In this document: positions 49,648 through 59,512 of the stretch, in pieces
Layout of the letters: the number at the start of each line of letters is the position of its first letter
Position numbering within the stretch: position 1 is the first letter of the stretch
DNA from: Cyanobacteriota bacterium
GTDB lineage: Bacteria > Cyanobacteriota > Cyanobacteriia > Cyanobacteriales > Nostocaceae
Assembly: GCA_046045965.1 (NCBI GenBank)
Contig: JBJOKS010000001.1
Coordinates: 160,001 to 224,000 of the forward strand
Direction of reading: 5' to 3'
DNA: 64,000 nt
Made by a program: the position numbers and the translations under genes
The notes under the pieces: generated by a model
Database searches by the model: none
Told to the model about the DNA's origin: nothing
What the model saw: the letters and a program-made list of their open reading frames with translations, nothing else

Positions 49648-50865
49648 CTACTTTTTGTAAGCTGGTAACTTAGCCAAACGAACTGCTTGTTTTACGGCCT
49701 CATCTAAATTTTCTACTACTATTAGCGTCTCAGCTTCTGGTTTGAGTGCAGCTAAATATTTCCTAGCATCATCAAAATCAGCCCCAGCCAGACGTATAAC
49801 CAACCTGGGTAAGTATTTGGGCAGATTTTTACTGCCATTGGTAAGATGAGATTTGAGTTCTTTGGGATCTAGTTGTATAAAATTAGCAATAACTTCCGGC
49901 ATTTGGGAAACTTGAGGAATAGTCCCCAAAAAGTTCATCAAAATTACTTGAATGCTTTTGTCAGCAGCTAAAATTTTTAGACCTGTTTCTAGGCGATCGC
50001 AAAAAGTAGTTGGTGCGGTATCAGTCAAAAAAGAATGTCGTAAATTCAAAGACACACCAAATTTACCACCTGCATTAACTACAGCATCCAAGGTTGTCAA
50101 CACTGAACCAGTACCATTGCCTAATATACCGATTTTGCTCTGGTTTCCCGATCCATTACTATCACCCAAGATGCTGTTAATCTTACTAATCTTATGACGA
50201 CCCAGCATTTTTGCCGCCATTTGAGCTATTTCTGGATGTCGGTTAATTGCTCTTTCATTGACTCTGACTTTACCATTGAGTGCCATCACTTGCCCAGAAG
50301 CACTAACAGCTAGAGGATTAATCTCTACTAAATCTAAATCCTTCTGCACAAATAACTGATACATTTTTTCCACAATATTGCTTACCGACTGCATCAGCGC
50401 ACCCTGTAAGCCCATTTTCAATCCCAATCTTCTGGCATAAAATGGCGAAAATTCCTGTTCTACAACCACATATTGCATTTTCTCCCCTGGAGATTCCCAA
50501 TCAATATCCGGTTCTTTGCAACCTAAAAGCACCGGACGACACAGGGCTGTATCTAGAACTACCGCCAGATAAAATTCATCCTTGGCATCATACTTAGTTT
50601 CCGCCAGTAAAACCTCTGGTAATTCTCCCCAAATAGGTAAATTAAAGATATTTTGAGCAGCTGCGATCGCATCAATAGTGGTTTCTACAATTCTGACACC
50701 ACCAGCTTTAGCCCGTTCATCTGCGTGTACTTGCGATTTTAGTACAATGGGATAGCGAATTTTTAACCGTTTTAAATCTGTAGGATGGTCAATTCGTTGA
50801 GATGGTAAGACAGGAATGCCCATCTTATTAAACCATTCTTTAACTTGGTACTCCAATAAATCCAT
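49648..50865 (-). CDS. sucC: Succinate-CoA ligase beta subunit (divergent)
   Basis: LLEYQVKE, VLKSQV, KAGGV, EFYLAV, LVEINPL, IGILGNG; adjacent to sucD. Confidence 0.88.
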   Translation of the reverse strand: MDLLEYQVKEWFNKMGIPVLPSQRIDHPTDLKRLKIRYPIVLKSQVHADERAKAGGVRIVETTIDAIAAAQNIFNLPIWGELPEVLLAETKYDAKDEFYLAVVLDTALCRPVLLGCKEPDIDWESPGEKMQYVVVEQEFSPFYARRLGLKMGLQGALMQSVSNIVEKMYQLFVQKDLDLVEINPLAVSASGQVMALNGKVRVNERAINRHPEIAQMAAKMLGRHKISKINSILGDSNGSGNQSKIGILGNGTGSVLTTLDAVVNAGGKFGVSLNLRHSFLTDTAPTTFCDRLETGLKILAADKSIQVILMNFLGTIPQVSQMPEVIANFIQLDPKELKSHLTNGSKNLPKYLPRLVIRLAGADFDDARKYLAALKPEAETLIVVENLDEAVKQAVRLAKLPAYKK

Positions 50866-51378
50866 TGACACACACCTTGTATTAACAATTCCAAAGCTGA
50901 TTCCTAGTGATGTCTAATCGTTTACACAGCACTTAGATTACATAATCACGCTTTGGTTGGCCAGAAAATTGATTTAGCACGAATCAATTTTATCGAATTC
51001 AGTAATAGTGGTAAATTCATTTTGAGAATCTCAACCGCTGCTATTTGGTTGATCAGACTTTTTGCTCCTCTTTGGTAAACTTGCCAGTCTCAAAAATTAC
51101 TAGGATCTTCTTGTATATTTTTCCCCAAATAATTTATACTCGCATTTGGATTGTCCAATTTATTATCTAGTAGTATAAAAAAGCCAAAGACAAAAACATC
51201 GCTGCTCCCTTGCTTACTGGTGATAGATAGAACTTTGTGCTTAGAAGTTGTTCTCTGGGACAGGTAACTGGGATTAGTAAAACTATGTATCCTTATGTAA
51301 CAAAGACCATTACTCTATTTCATCTGCTCCAAGATAATAAAAACTATAAAACTATATAGAACATTAGCAGTAGCCATT

Positions 51379-53400
51379 ATGAAAGTAACATTCCAAAAAG
51401 AAGATATCCAACTTCTAGCCAGTATTTTACAGGAACAAATACTGATGGAACTGCCATCTGTCCCTGTTCTCCAGGTTAAATGCGCTGTCCAAAATGACGA
51501 ACTGATGATTTTAACTCAACATCCTCCAGGTGTAGCAGTCGATACAGAAAAAATATTTACTATTCTTGAAGAATCGCTCCAGTGGCAATCTCAATACCAT
51601 GGTCAAAGGGTACAATTTTATGTCAGGGTTTCAGGAGAAAAGCTACCCTATGCTAAACATTCGATAATTATCAAAGCTAAGGGGATCGAGGCAGAACAGC
51701 ACATTTTGTTGCCGGAATCAAACAATGGCTTAGATCACAGTGCTGGTAAAAACCAGCTAATTTTTCCACCACTGGAAATTCCCGAACTCTCATCTGCTGT
51801 TGCGGACAATAATATTTTGGATCATCCATTTAGTTTACTAAAAGATGATCATATCTCGGATACTTCATTTAGTTCGCTAGAAGATGATCATAACTCGGAT
51901 ACTTCATTTAGTTCCCCAACTGATGACAATATCTCGGATCATCCATTGAGTTCAGACAGTTCATTTGGCTCAAATAACTCATTTAGCTCAGATACTCTAC
52001 TCAGACCAAATACATCATTTAGCCCGGATGCTACATTGAGTTCAGATAGGTCGTTTCTGGATGAGAGTGAGAATGATGTAGCGGCCGAAGAAAAGTTTGA
52101 CCCCTTTGCAGGAACAGAAAACCTACCAAAGCGCAGAAGACAGATGATATTACTGCCATCTTTACCCATCCTCTTAGGTGGAGTATTGGGGGTCAGTGTT
52201 ATTTTGGGAGGTGGTGCTTTCTTTCTTAACCGCGCTTGTGTGATTGGCGAATGTAAAGAATTACAAACAGCCGAGCAATTCAAAAGTGAGACTCAGCAAT
52301 TAATTCGTAAAGCTAAATCTCCACAAGAACTAATAGCAGTACAACAAAAACTAGATAAAATTATTTCTGATCTCAAAGTCATTCCTCAATGGTCTCCTCG
52401 TTATCAACCAGCGCAGGAACTGACGTTAAGTTTTTCTGACCACTCAAGAAAAATTGACCAGGTGGTAAAAGCTTTACAAGCAGCATCAGCAACAGAGCAA
52501 AAAACCCAAACTCCGGCAACTAGCTTGGATGAATTACGCAGCCGACAAGCTTTATGGCGACAAGTAATTACACCACTAGAATCTATCAAAGCAGGTGATG
52601 AACTCTATGGTCTAGTGCAGGGAAAATTGCCAAAATATAAAAGCAATTTACAAGCGATCAATCAGCAGTTGCTCAATGAAGAATCATGGCAGAAAAAACT
52701 TACCACAGCCAAAACTTTAGCTGATTCAGCCAGCAAACGCCAAGTTACTGCTAAAACTGGTAATGACTGGCAAAGAGTACAATTTGCTTGGCAAGAGGTT
52801 GTCAATAATTTGACAAGTATTCCCGCAACCAGCACAGCACACCAGGAAGCTAAAAACCTGTTAGTGGAATATCAACCGAAACTCACATTGGCACGCAATA
52901 TAGCTAAAAGAGAAACTACGGCAGCTACAACCTATCAAAAGGCTGTCAAATTGGCTAATCAGGCTAAAGTCTATGAAGCACAAAATCAATGGCAGACAGC
53001 AATAGCATCTTGGCGACAAGCTGTACAGACGGCTAAACAGGTTTCTCAAGATAGTTCCAGCTACAGTCAAGCACAGTCACTCATTCAAACCTATTCCACA
53101 GCCTTAACACAGGCACAGCAAAAACAGCAACTTTATGGGAATTTGGCACAAAGTCGCGCTGATTTAGGAAAAATATGTGTTAGTGGGATACGGTTATGCA
53201 CTTTCACAATTGAAGATAGAGGTATTATTGTCCGTCTAACCCCAGACTATGACCAACGACTACAAACTCCTAGTGCTGATATACAAAATCACTTCCAAAC
53301 TTTGCAACAGGCTCTAGGAGTAATTAGTGACAATGCCAACTTACCCATATTTCTTTATAATTCTCAAGGACAAGAAAGGTATATGAAAAAGCCACAATAA
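51379..53400 (+). CDS. Hypothetical membrane-anchored protein (Ser/Asp-rich repeat linker, one TM segment, helical repeats)
   Basis: 673-aa ORF; TM ILLGGVLGVSVILGGGAFFL; DDHISDTSFSS-like repeats. Confidence 0.75.
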   Translation: MKVTFQKEDIQLLASILQEQILMELPSVPVLQVKCAVQNDELMILTQHPPGVAVDTEKIFTILEESLQWQSQYHGQRVQFYVRVSGEKLPYAKHSIIIKAKGIEAEQHILLPESNNGLDHSAGKNQLIFPPLEIPELSSAVADNNILDHPFSLLKDDHISDTSFSSLEDDHNSDTSFSSPTDDNISDHPLSSDSSFGSNNSFSSDTLLRPNTSFSPDATLSSDRSFLDESENDVAAEEKFDPFAGTENLPKRRRQMILLPSLPILLGGVLGVSVILGGGAFFLNRACVIGECKELQTAEQFKSETQQLIRKAKSPQELIAVQQKLDKIISDLKVIPQWSPRYQPAQELTLSFSDHSRKIDQVVKALQAASATEQKTQTPATSLDELRSRQALWRQVITPLESIKAGDELYGLVQGKLPKYKSNLQAINQQLLNEESWQKKLTTAKTLADSASKRQVTAKTGNDWQRVQFAWQEVVNNLTSIPATSTAHQEAKNLLVEYQPKLTLARNIAKRETTAATTYQKAVKLANQAKVYEAQNQWQTAIASWRQAVQTAKQVSQDSSSYSQAQSLIQTYSTALTQAQQKQQLYGNLAQSRADLGKICVSGIRLCTFTIEDRGIIVRLTPDYDQRLQTPSADIQNHFQTLQQALGVISDNANLPIFLYNSQGQERYMKKPQ

Positions 53401-53510
53401 TTCATAATTCATAGTTCATAATTCATAATTGGGAATTAGGTGACAGGAGTCAGGAGTCAAAAGTTCTTTAATTTTGACTTTTGACTTTTGACTTGATTTG
53501 TCCCCAGTCC

Positions 53511-54419
53511 CTATAAACCCAGATGATTTTGCAATGCTTGGCGCATTTGGTCTACAGGCACTTCTTCCCTTTGCAACCAGATTTTTAATGCTGCTGCACC
53601 TTGTTGAACTAGCATTTCTAAACCATCAATGGGAATTGCACCTTGTTTTTCTGCCAGGTGTAAAAATTTAGTCGGTTTGGGGATGTAGATTAAATCATAA
53701 GCGATAGAATTTGCAGGTAATTTAATCATCTCCTCTGCACTCAAAGGCGATTCATTTACATGAGGATACATCCCCATCGGAGTGGTATTGACTAACAAAT
53801 TAGCTTGGGGAATTAAGTTTGGTAATTCTTCCCAAGTATGAATTTGAAATTTATCTGCAAAGGGTGAATTTTGCCAACTTTCGTTAAATGCTTTTAACTT
53901 ATAGATATTTCTTCCTACTACATGAATTTCTGCCAAACCTAGTTGAATACAACCGGCAACAACCGCCCTCGCTGCACCACCATTTCCTAAAATTACTGCG
54001 GTTTTCTGACTCCAATTTTGCTGATATGTTGTTTGTAAAGGAGCAATAAACCCTTCTACATCTGTGTTTGTTCCCACCCAAATGTCACCTTGACGAGTTA
54101 CAGTATTAACAGCACCTATAGCTTGAGCAATGGGGGAAATTTCTGATAATAAAGGTATTATTGCCTGTTTGTGGGGAATGGTGATGCTAAATCCTACTAC
54201 ACCAATACTAGCAAAACCTGCGATCGCTCTCTCTAAATTTTCTGGTGCAATGGGAAAAGGTAAATAAACATAATCTAATCCTAATTTACCCAATGCTGCA
54301 TTGTGCATGACTGGTGAAAGGGAATGTTCTACAGGATGGCCAATAACTCCCAAAAGTTTAGATTTTCCAGTAATCTTCTGACAATAATTATTTTCTTGTT
54401 TCTGATCTTGGTTATTCAT
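53511..54419 (-). CDS. aroE: Shikimate dehydrogenase
   Basis: HSLSPVMHN, TIPHK, GAVNT, NTDVEGF, GNGGAARA, DGLEML. Start uncertain. Confidence 0.95.
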   Translation of the reverse strand: MNNQDQKQENNYCQKITGKSKLLGVIGHPVEHSLSPVMHNAALGKLGLDYVYLPFPIAPENLERAIAGFASIGVVGFSITIPHKQAIIPLLSEISPIAQAIGAVNTVTRQGDIWVGTNTDVEGFIAPLQTTYQQNWSQKTAVILGNGGAARAVVAGCIQLGLAEIHVVGRNIYKLKAFNESWQNSPFADKFQIHTWEELPNLIPQANLLVNTTPMGMYPHVNESPLSAEEMIKLPANSIAYDLIYIPKPTKFLHLAEKQGAIPIDGLEMLVQQGAAALKIWLQREEVPVDQMRQALQNHLGL

Positions 54420-54678
54420 AAACATCATGTTTTTTAAAAAACGTATTGCAATTATACTTATTTTTGGTAACTTCCCCCAAAAAAATAGCCCAGTTGTATC
54501 AAACAACCAGGCTAAATGTCAGATATTAAATTTCTACATCAACCCAAACAACACTTCACACTTCCACTTCATCACCGATGATTAAATAGTAAATTACTTT
54601 GTAAAGATGGAGTATACAGAATACAAGATTCAGAATTAATTACTCCTGACTCCTGACTCCTGACTCCTTACCTAAATC

Positions 54679-55125
54679 TTAATTTTCTCCCAAATTGATT
54701 TTAACAACTTTGTTCTTTTCTTCTACCAATTTGGGCAGATTCAGATGCAAAATACCATCTTTATAATCAGCGGTGACTTTGGTATTTTGAATGGGTACAG
54801 GTAAAGGAATTACCCGTTGAAATTGACCATAATAAAATTCACTTCTGGTTTTAGCTTTCTCTTCTTCTTTGTGTTGAAATTTCCGTTCACCACTAATAGA
54901 AACAGAATCTTCTGTAACTTGAATGTCCAAGTCTTTTGCTTCCATACCAGGAACTTCTAACTTGAGAATTACTGCATCCTCAGTTTCAGTTATTTCCGCA
55001 GCAGGAATTCTAGCAACATTAGTTAAATCTTTTAAATTAGCTGGTACAATTTCTTCAAATAAGCGATTAAAGCGACGTTCTAAGGTGTCAATTTCTTTCC
55101 AGGGGTTGTAACGAATGAGTGTCAT
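54679..55125 (-). CDS. hspA: Hsp20/alpha-crystallin small heat-shock protein
   Basis: EVPGM, SISGER, YGQFQRVIPLP, ADYKDGILHLNLPK. Confidence 0.92.
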   Translation of the reverse strand: MTLIRYNPWKEIDTLERRFNRLFEEIVPANLKDLTNVARIPAAEITETEDAVILKLEVPGMEAKDLDIQVTEDSVSISGERKFQHKEEEKAKTRSEFYYGQFQRVIPLPVPIQNTKVTADYKDGILHLNLPKLVEEKNKVVKINLGEN

Positions 55126-55478
55126 ATACTTTTCCCTCTATATTGTTGGTTGTTTGTTGCTTTGAGTTGTTTTTTCAACTCTTTGATTTTTATATTAGTG
55201 ATGTTCAAAAATAATGTAAATTCGGTTTTTATCACTGATTAAATGATGATTACCGTACCGATATTTAAACCTATCAATTTTTCGGTTTACACTAATATTT
55301 CTGGTTCGGTTAACACTAAATATATAACAGTTGACAGAGTTTAAATTGTATTTATTTCCTCATATAAACTAAACCCCTGCTATTTTTAACATCAGGATAT
55401 TTGATTAAACCTGCTACTCAATTGGTAATTTGACTGCTAATCTAAGAATATTAACAATACTTAACATTGATTCGGATT

Positions 55479-56393
55479 ATGCAAACAACTATAGCACCCT
55501 CTACAACTCCCATTCCCGGACAATACTGGCAATGGCGAGGACATAATGTATACTATGTACAAGCGGGAGAGAAACAACCTCAGCGTCCTCCCTTACTTTT
55601 AGTACATGGGTTTGGTGCTTCTACTGACCACTGGCGAAAAAATATTACCGGACTTTGTGCAGATTTTCAAGTATTTGCTATCGACCTTTTAGGGTTTGGA
55701 CGTTCAGCAAAACCGAAATTACAGTATAGTGGAGACTTATGGCGTGAACAACTGCGAGACTTTATTAGTGAAGTTATTGGTGAAAAAACAGTTGTAGCAG
55801 GTAATTCTCTTGGTGGTTATGCTTGTTTATGTGTAGGTTCAAAATATCCTGATCTGGTTGCGGGGGTAGTATTACTTAATAGTGCGGGTCCTTTTTCTCA
55901 AACGGAAGGGGAACAAGTGCAAATGCAACCTCCACAAAACCCTTTACAGAAATTAATTGGTAAAACTGTCAAATGGACTTTTCAAAGGCGGTTAGTTCAA
56001 GCTTTATTATTTCAATATGTGCGTCAACGTTGGGTAATTCGTCGTACTTTAGAAAAGGTTTATTTAGATAAAACTGCAATTACTGATCAATTAGTTACAG
56101 AAATTCAACGTCCCGCTTATGATCAAGGTGCTTTAGATGTTTTTGTCTCGGTTTTTAGCACTCCTCAAGGGGAAAAGGTTGATGTTTTACTCAAACAATT
56201 AACTTGTCCTTTGTTGTTATTATGGGGAGAAGCAGATCCTTGGATGAAAGCGCGGGAACGTTCCCAAAAGTTTCATGAATATTATCCCCAATTAACTGAA
56301 TATTTTATCACTGCTGGTCATTGTCCCCATGATGAAGCACCAGATCAAATAAACCCTCTTTTCCGTAATTGGGTTTTCTCTATTATTCAATAA
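55479..56393 (+). CDS. Alpha/beta-fold hydrolase
   Basis: VHGFGAS, DLLGFG, GNSLGG, WGEADPW, GHCPHDE. Confidence 0.92.
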   Translation: MQTTIAPSTTPIPGQYWQWRGHNVYYVQAGEKQPQRPPLLLVHGFGASTDHWRKNITGLCADFQVFAIDLLGFGRSAKPKLQYSGDLWREQLRDFISEVIGEKTVVAGNSLGGYACLCVGSKYPDLVAGVVLLNSAGPFSQTEGEQVQMQPPQNPLQKLIGKTVKWTFQRRLVQALLFQYVRQRWVIRRTLEKVYLDKTAITDQLVTEIQRPAYDQGALDVFVSVFSTPQGEKVDVLLKQLTCPLLLLWGEADPWMKARERSQKFHEYYPQLTEYFITAGHCPHDEAPDQINPLFRNWVFSIIQ

Positions 56394-56401
56394 ACATCTA
56401 A

Positions 56402-56426
56402 AAACCTAGTCAGGGTTGACTAGGTT
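56402..56426. terminator. Hairpin/putative terminator
   Basis: AACCTAGTCA-GGGT-TGACTAGGTT. Confidence 0.6.
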
Positions 56427-56840
56427 CTAGCGAATTGAGAAGTTTCAAATTTTTAAGGTTAAGTAAGTGTTTGAAAGTCAATAACTAGGGGTGGACAATC
56501 TCACAAGTTTAGCATTTTCCTGTTTTTCCGCTTAGGGATTTGGCGCGACTATCAATAACAGTCGGAATGCCACTTTAAGTTGTAAATGCTAACAACTTGT
56601 TTGGGCTTTTGACAGGGGACACACAGGTCATTGCCCGTTGGGTTGGTTGTTTTTGTTCTGTGTCCTTATGAATATAATCTAGCAAACCTGAATTCAGATG
56701 CGATCGCTTGTTTACTAAACTTGATGTTTTGTTTCAATTAGCAACATTGAGGACTGGGGACTGGGAATAAAGCAGGGGAAGCAGGGGAAGCAGGGGGAGA
56801 ATAACTAATGAATTACCAATTACCCATTACCTATTATCAA

Positions 56841-57832
56841 TTACCATTCCCACATAATTCCGGTATTGTCGAAATGGTTGGTAACGATGCGGCCAATATT
56901 GTCTATTTGGGCTATTTCTTCGGGAGAAAGTTTGATTTCTGCGGCTTTAGCGTTATCTTGTGCTTGTTGGGGATATCTTGCACCAGCGATGTCTGACGAC
57001 AAGCCGCTTTGCGTCTACGCATTTGTTTGAGGTTGGGCAATTAACCATGCCAATGCTAACTGCGCTAAACTACAATTGTGATTTTCGGCTATGGGTTTAA
57101 GTTGCTCTAATGCTTGTTGAGCGCGTTCAAAATTCTCTCCTTGAAATAACCTATTTTTCGCTCGGTTATCTTCTGGATCAAATTTATGTCCTGGGGCAAA
57201 TTTACCAGTTAACAGTCCTTGTGCTAAAGGTGAATAAGCCAAAATCGAAATATTATTTTCCACACAGTATGGCATGGCATCGGTTTCTACATTCCGCCAA
57301 AATAAAGAATAAGGTGGTTGTAAACTATCAATTCTGCCATATTGGGCAGCTTCTGCTATTTGTTCACGGGAAAAATTAGAAACACCAATGGCACGAATTT
57401 TACCTTGTTCTTTGAGGTGATTTAAGGCGCTCATGGTTTCTTATATGGGAACGATTTCACTTTTAAAAGAACCAGATTGCCAATGAATTTGGTAAAGGTC
57501 GATATAATCGGTTTGGAGATTTTTGAGAGAACGTTCACAAGCTTCTATCACTTGTTGATATTTGAGATGATTGGCAAAAACCTTAGTAGCATATTCCACG
57601 CGATCGCGCACATCAGCCACGGCTTGAGCTACAATCTGTTCAGAATGTCCATCACCATAAATTTCAGCAGTATGTATAGTTGTTATTCCCGCTTCATAAG
57701 CAGCGCGAATGGTTTTAATTGAGTCTGCATCCTCTATTCCCACCCACATTCTCTTTCCAGCTTGCTAAGTTCCCATTAAAATGGGTGTAATTTTAACGGT
57801 GGATGTACCCACTGTGCGTTTTTCCTTTCCAT
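56841..57832 (-). pseudogene. Aldo/keto reductase pseudogene
   Basis: AKR motifs (TAEIYGDG, YIDLYQIHW, IGVSNF, YSPLAQGLLTGK, LALAW) split by a 5-nt duplication after the ATG, a TAG in place of the expected Trp, a TAA at ~57441 and a 27-bp stop-bearing insertion. Confidence 0.9.
56991..57017. mobile_element. 27-bp SDR-like element inserted into a HIP1 site
   Basis: GCGAT|GTCTGACGACAAGCCGCTTTGCGTCTA|CGC; removing it restores GCGATCGC and the reading frame. Confidence 0.85.
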
Positions 57833-57924
57833 AGTTTTTCTCTAAATTTCTACTCACAACTAACCATTAGACTTTTAACCTATTACCTGTAACCTGTCAT
57901 CTATCACCTGTCACCTAATAAAAG

Positions 57925-58524
57925 ATGCTCATGGAACTGACTACTACTTTTCATGCTCTCAAAGAATGGGCTGTGGCCGTAAATGCTTTAGAAAGCGGAC
58001 AAACAATTATGTTGCTGCGTAAAGGCGGCATCCATGAACGGGGAGGACGCTTTACTGTTGCCCATGAACAGGTTTTACTGTATCCTACTTACGAGCATCA
58101 ACAGTCGTTTATGCTTAAAGCTGAATATGCTAATTTGGTTTATCCAGTCACTTCAGGATGGCATCCAGAAACAATTCGCATTGGTAGTTGGGCGGAAATT
58201 ACGGATATTTTACCAGTTACAGAAGAGTCTATTGTCAGTGATTTATTGCCTTTTCATATTTGGAACGAGTATTTTATTAGCGATCGCCTGAAATGGAAAG
58301 CTCGTCAACCTTTATATATTCTTTTGTTACGAACTTATAAATTACCCCAGGTACAGTATATTCCTTATTTGCCTAAATACGGTGGTTGTAAATCTTGGAT
58401 TGATTTAGAGCAACAAATTTCTTTACAAGGTTCGGAAGCGGTTTTATCGGATGATGTTTATTGTCAGTTAGTTGATCAAATTCGGGGGATTATTGGCGAT
58501 CGCTTGTATGCTGCATCTTTATAG
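57925..58524 (+). CDS. DUF1802-family protein
   Basis: ALKEWA, LLRKGGIHE, LYPTYEHQ, YGGCKSW. Confidence 0.88.
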   Translation: MLMELTTTFHALKEWAVAVNALESGQTIMLLRKGGIHERGGRFTVAHEQVLLYPTYEHQQSFMLKAEYANLVYPVTSGWHPETIRIGSWAEITDILPVTEESIVSDLLPFHIWNEYFISDRLKWKARQPLYILLLRTYKLPQVQYIPYLPKYGGCKSWIDLEQQISLQGSEAVLSDDVYCQLVDQIRGIIGDRLYAASL

Positions 58525-58605
58525 TAAAGTTGGGTTAAGGAACGCAATCCAACATTATCCCTGTTGTTGAGATTTATTTGTTGAGTTTCATTTTATTCAA
58601 CCTAC
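58524..58605. repeat. Degenerate GTAG REP doublet
   Basis: GTTGGGTTAAGGAACGCAATCCAAC ... TTCAACCTAC. Confidence 0.55.
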
Positions 58606-58675
58606 AGCTAACCAGCTTTTGTAGCATACTGTAGTACAATTGGTGTGGCTGACATAACGATTGTTACTATTGACG

Positions 58676-59143
58676 ATGATTCGACTGACTACACCCGATG
58701 ACACAAACGCAATAATCGCCGTAGCTGAAACTATTGGCTTTCAGTCTCAAGAGCTTGATTATCTGAAAAAAATGCTGTCCGATTACTTTAAAGACGGCGA
58801 AACCGAAAGCTTTTGGATTACCTACGAAGAAAAGGAGCCTGTTGGAGTAGCTTACTGCGAACCGGAACGGATGACTCATCAAACGTGGAATTTGCTATTA
58901 ATTGCCATCCGAGAAGACCTCCAGGGACAAGGACGAGGTGGGAAACTGCTGCACTATGTTGAACAAACATTGATGGCGCATGGTGGACGTATGCTACTTG
59001 TGGAAACGTCAGGACTCCCGGACTTTGAACGCACGCGGGCATTCTACGTGAAGTGTGGCTACCAGGAAGAGGCTCGCATTCGTGATTTCTACGCGGCGGG
59101 TGATGATAAAATTGTGTTCCGCAAACTGTTAAATGCAGACTAG
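58676..59143 (+). CDS. GNAT-family N-acetyltransferase
   Basis: QGQGRGGKLL acetyl-CoA motif; TRAFYVKCGY. Confidence 0.9.
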   Translation: MIRLTTPDDTNAIIAVAETIGFQSQELDYLKKMLSDYFKDGETESFWITYEEKEPVGVAYCEPERMTHQTWNLLLIAIREDLQGQGRGGKLLHYVEQTLMAHGGRMLLVETSGLPDFERTRAFYVKCGYQEEARIRDFYAAGDDKIVFRKLLNAD

Positions 59144-59224
59144 ACAACGGTCTGGGGCAATGGGCGGCGGTGGGACTAATACAGTGCTTGTAAAATTTAA
59201 ACAGCAAAAAATTCCGCCATTTTT

Positions 59225-59389
59225 ATGAATGAAAAACTCCAAACCGAAAAAGACAACCTACAGGCAATTGATAGTATAAAGATAAATAAAGAAACAGAAA
59301 CCGAAAAAGTTCTCTGTTCTCATTGTCAGCGCACTGCTACAAACGGTATTAAATGTAAAGGTATATGTGTGGCTGATAATGACTATTAA
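59225..59389 (+). CDS. 54-aa Cys-rich small protein (below the ORF-track cutoff)
   Basis: MNEKLQTEKDNLQAIDSIKINKETETEKVLCSHCQRTATNGIKCKGICVADNDY*; CxxC + CxxxC. Confidence 0.65.
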   Translation: MNEKLQTEKDNLQAIDSIKINKETETEKVLCSHCQRTATNGIKCKGICVADNDY

Positions 59390-59512
59390 GGTATGAATTT
59401 TATTCCTATAATTTGGTACAAAATCCCGCCTAAATTTTTTTGATAAAAAGCAAAAGGGTAAAGGTTTACCCCTTACCCTCTTAACCAAGTAGTTTTGAGA
59501 TGCTATTCAAAA

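Noticed and set aside
57015..57749. Two separate AKR genes (139 aa and 102 aa)
   Set aside because: They are in-frame fragments of one pseudogene.
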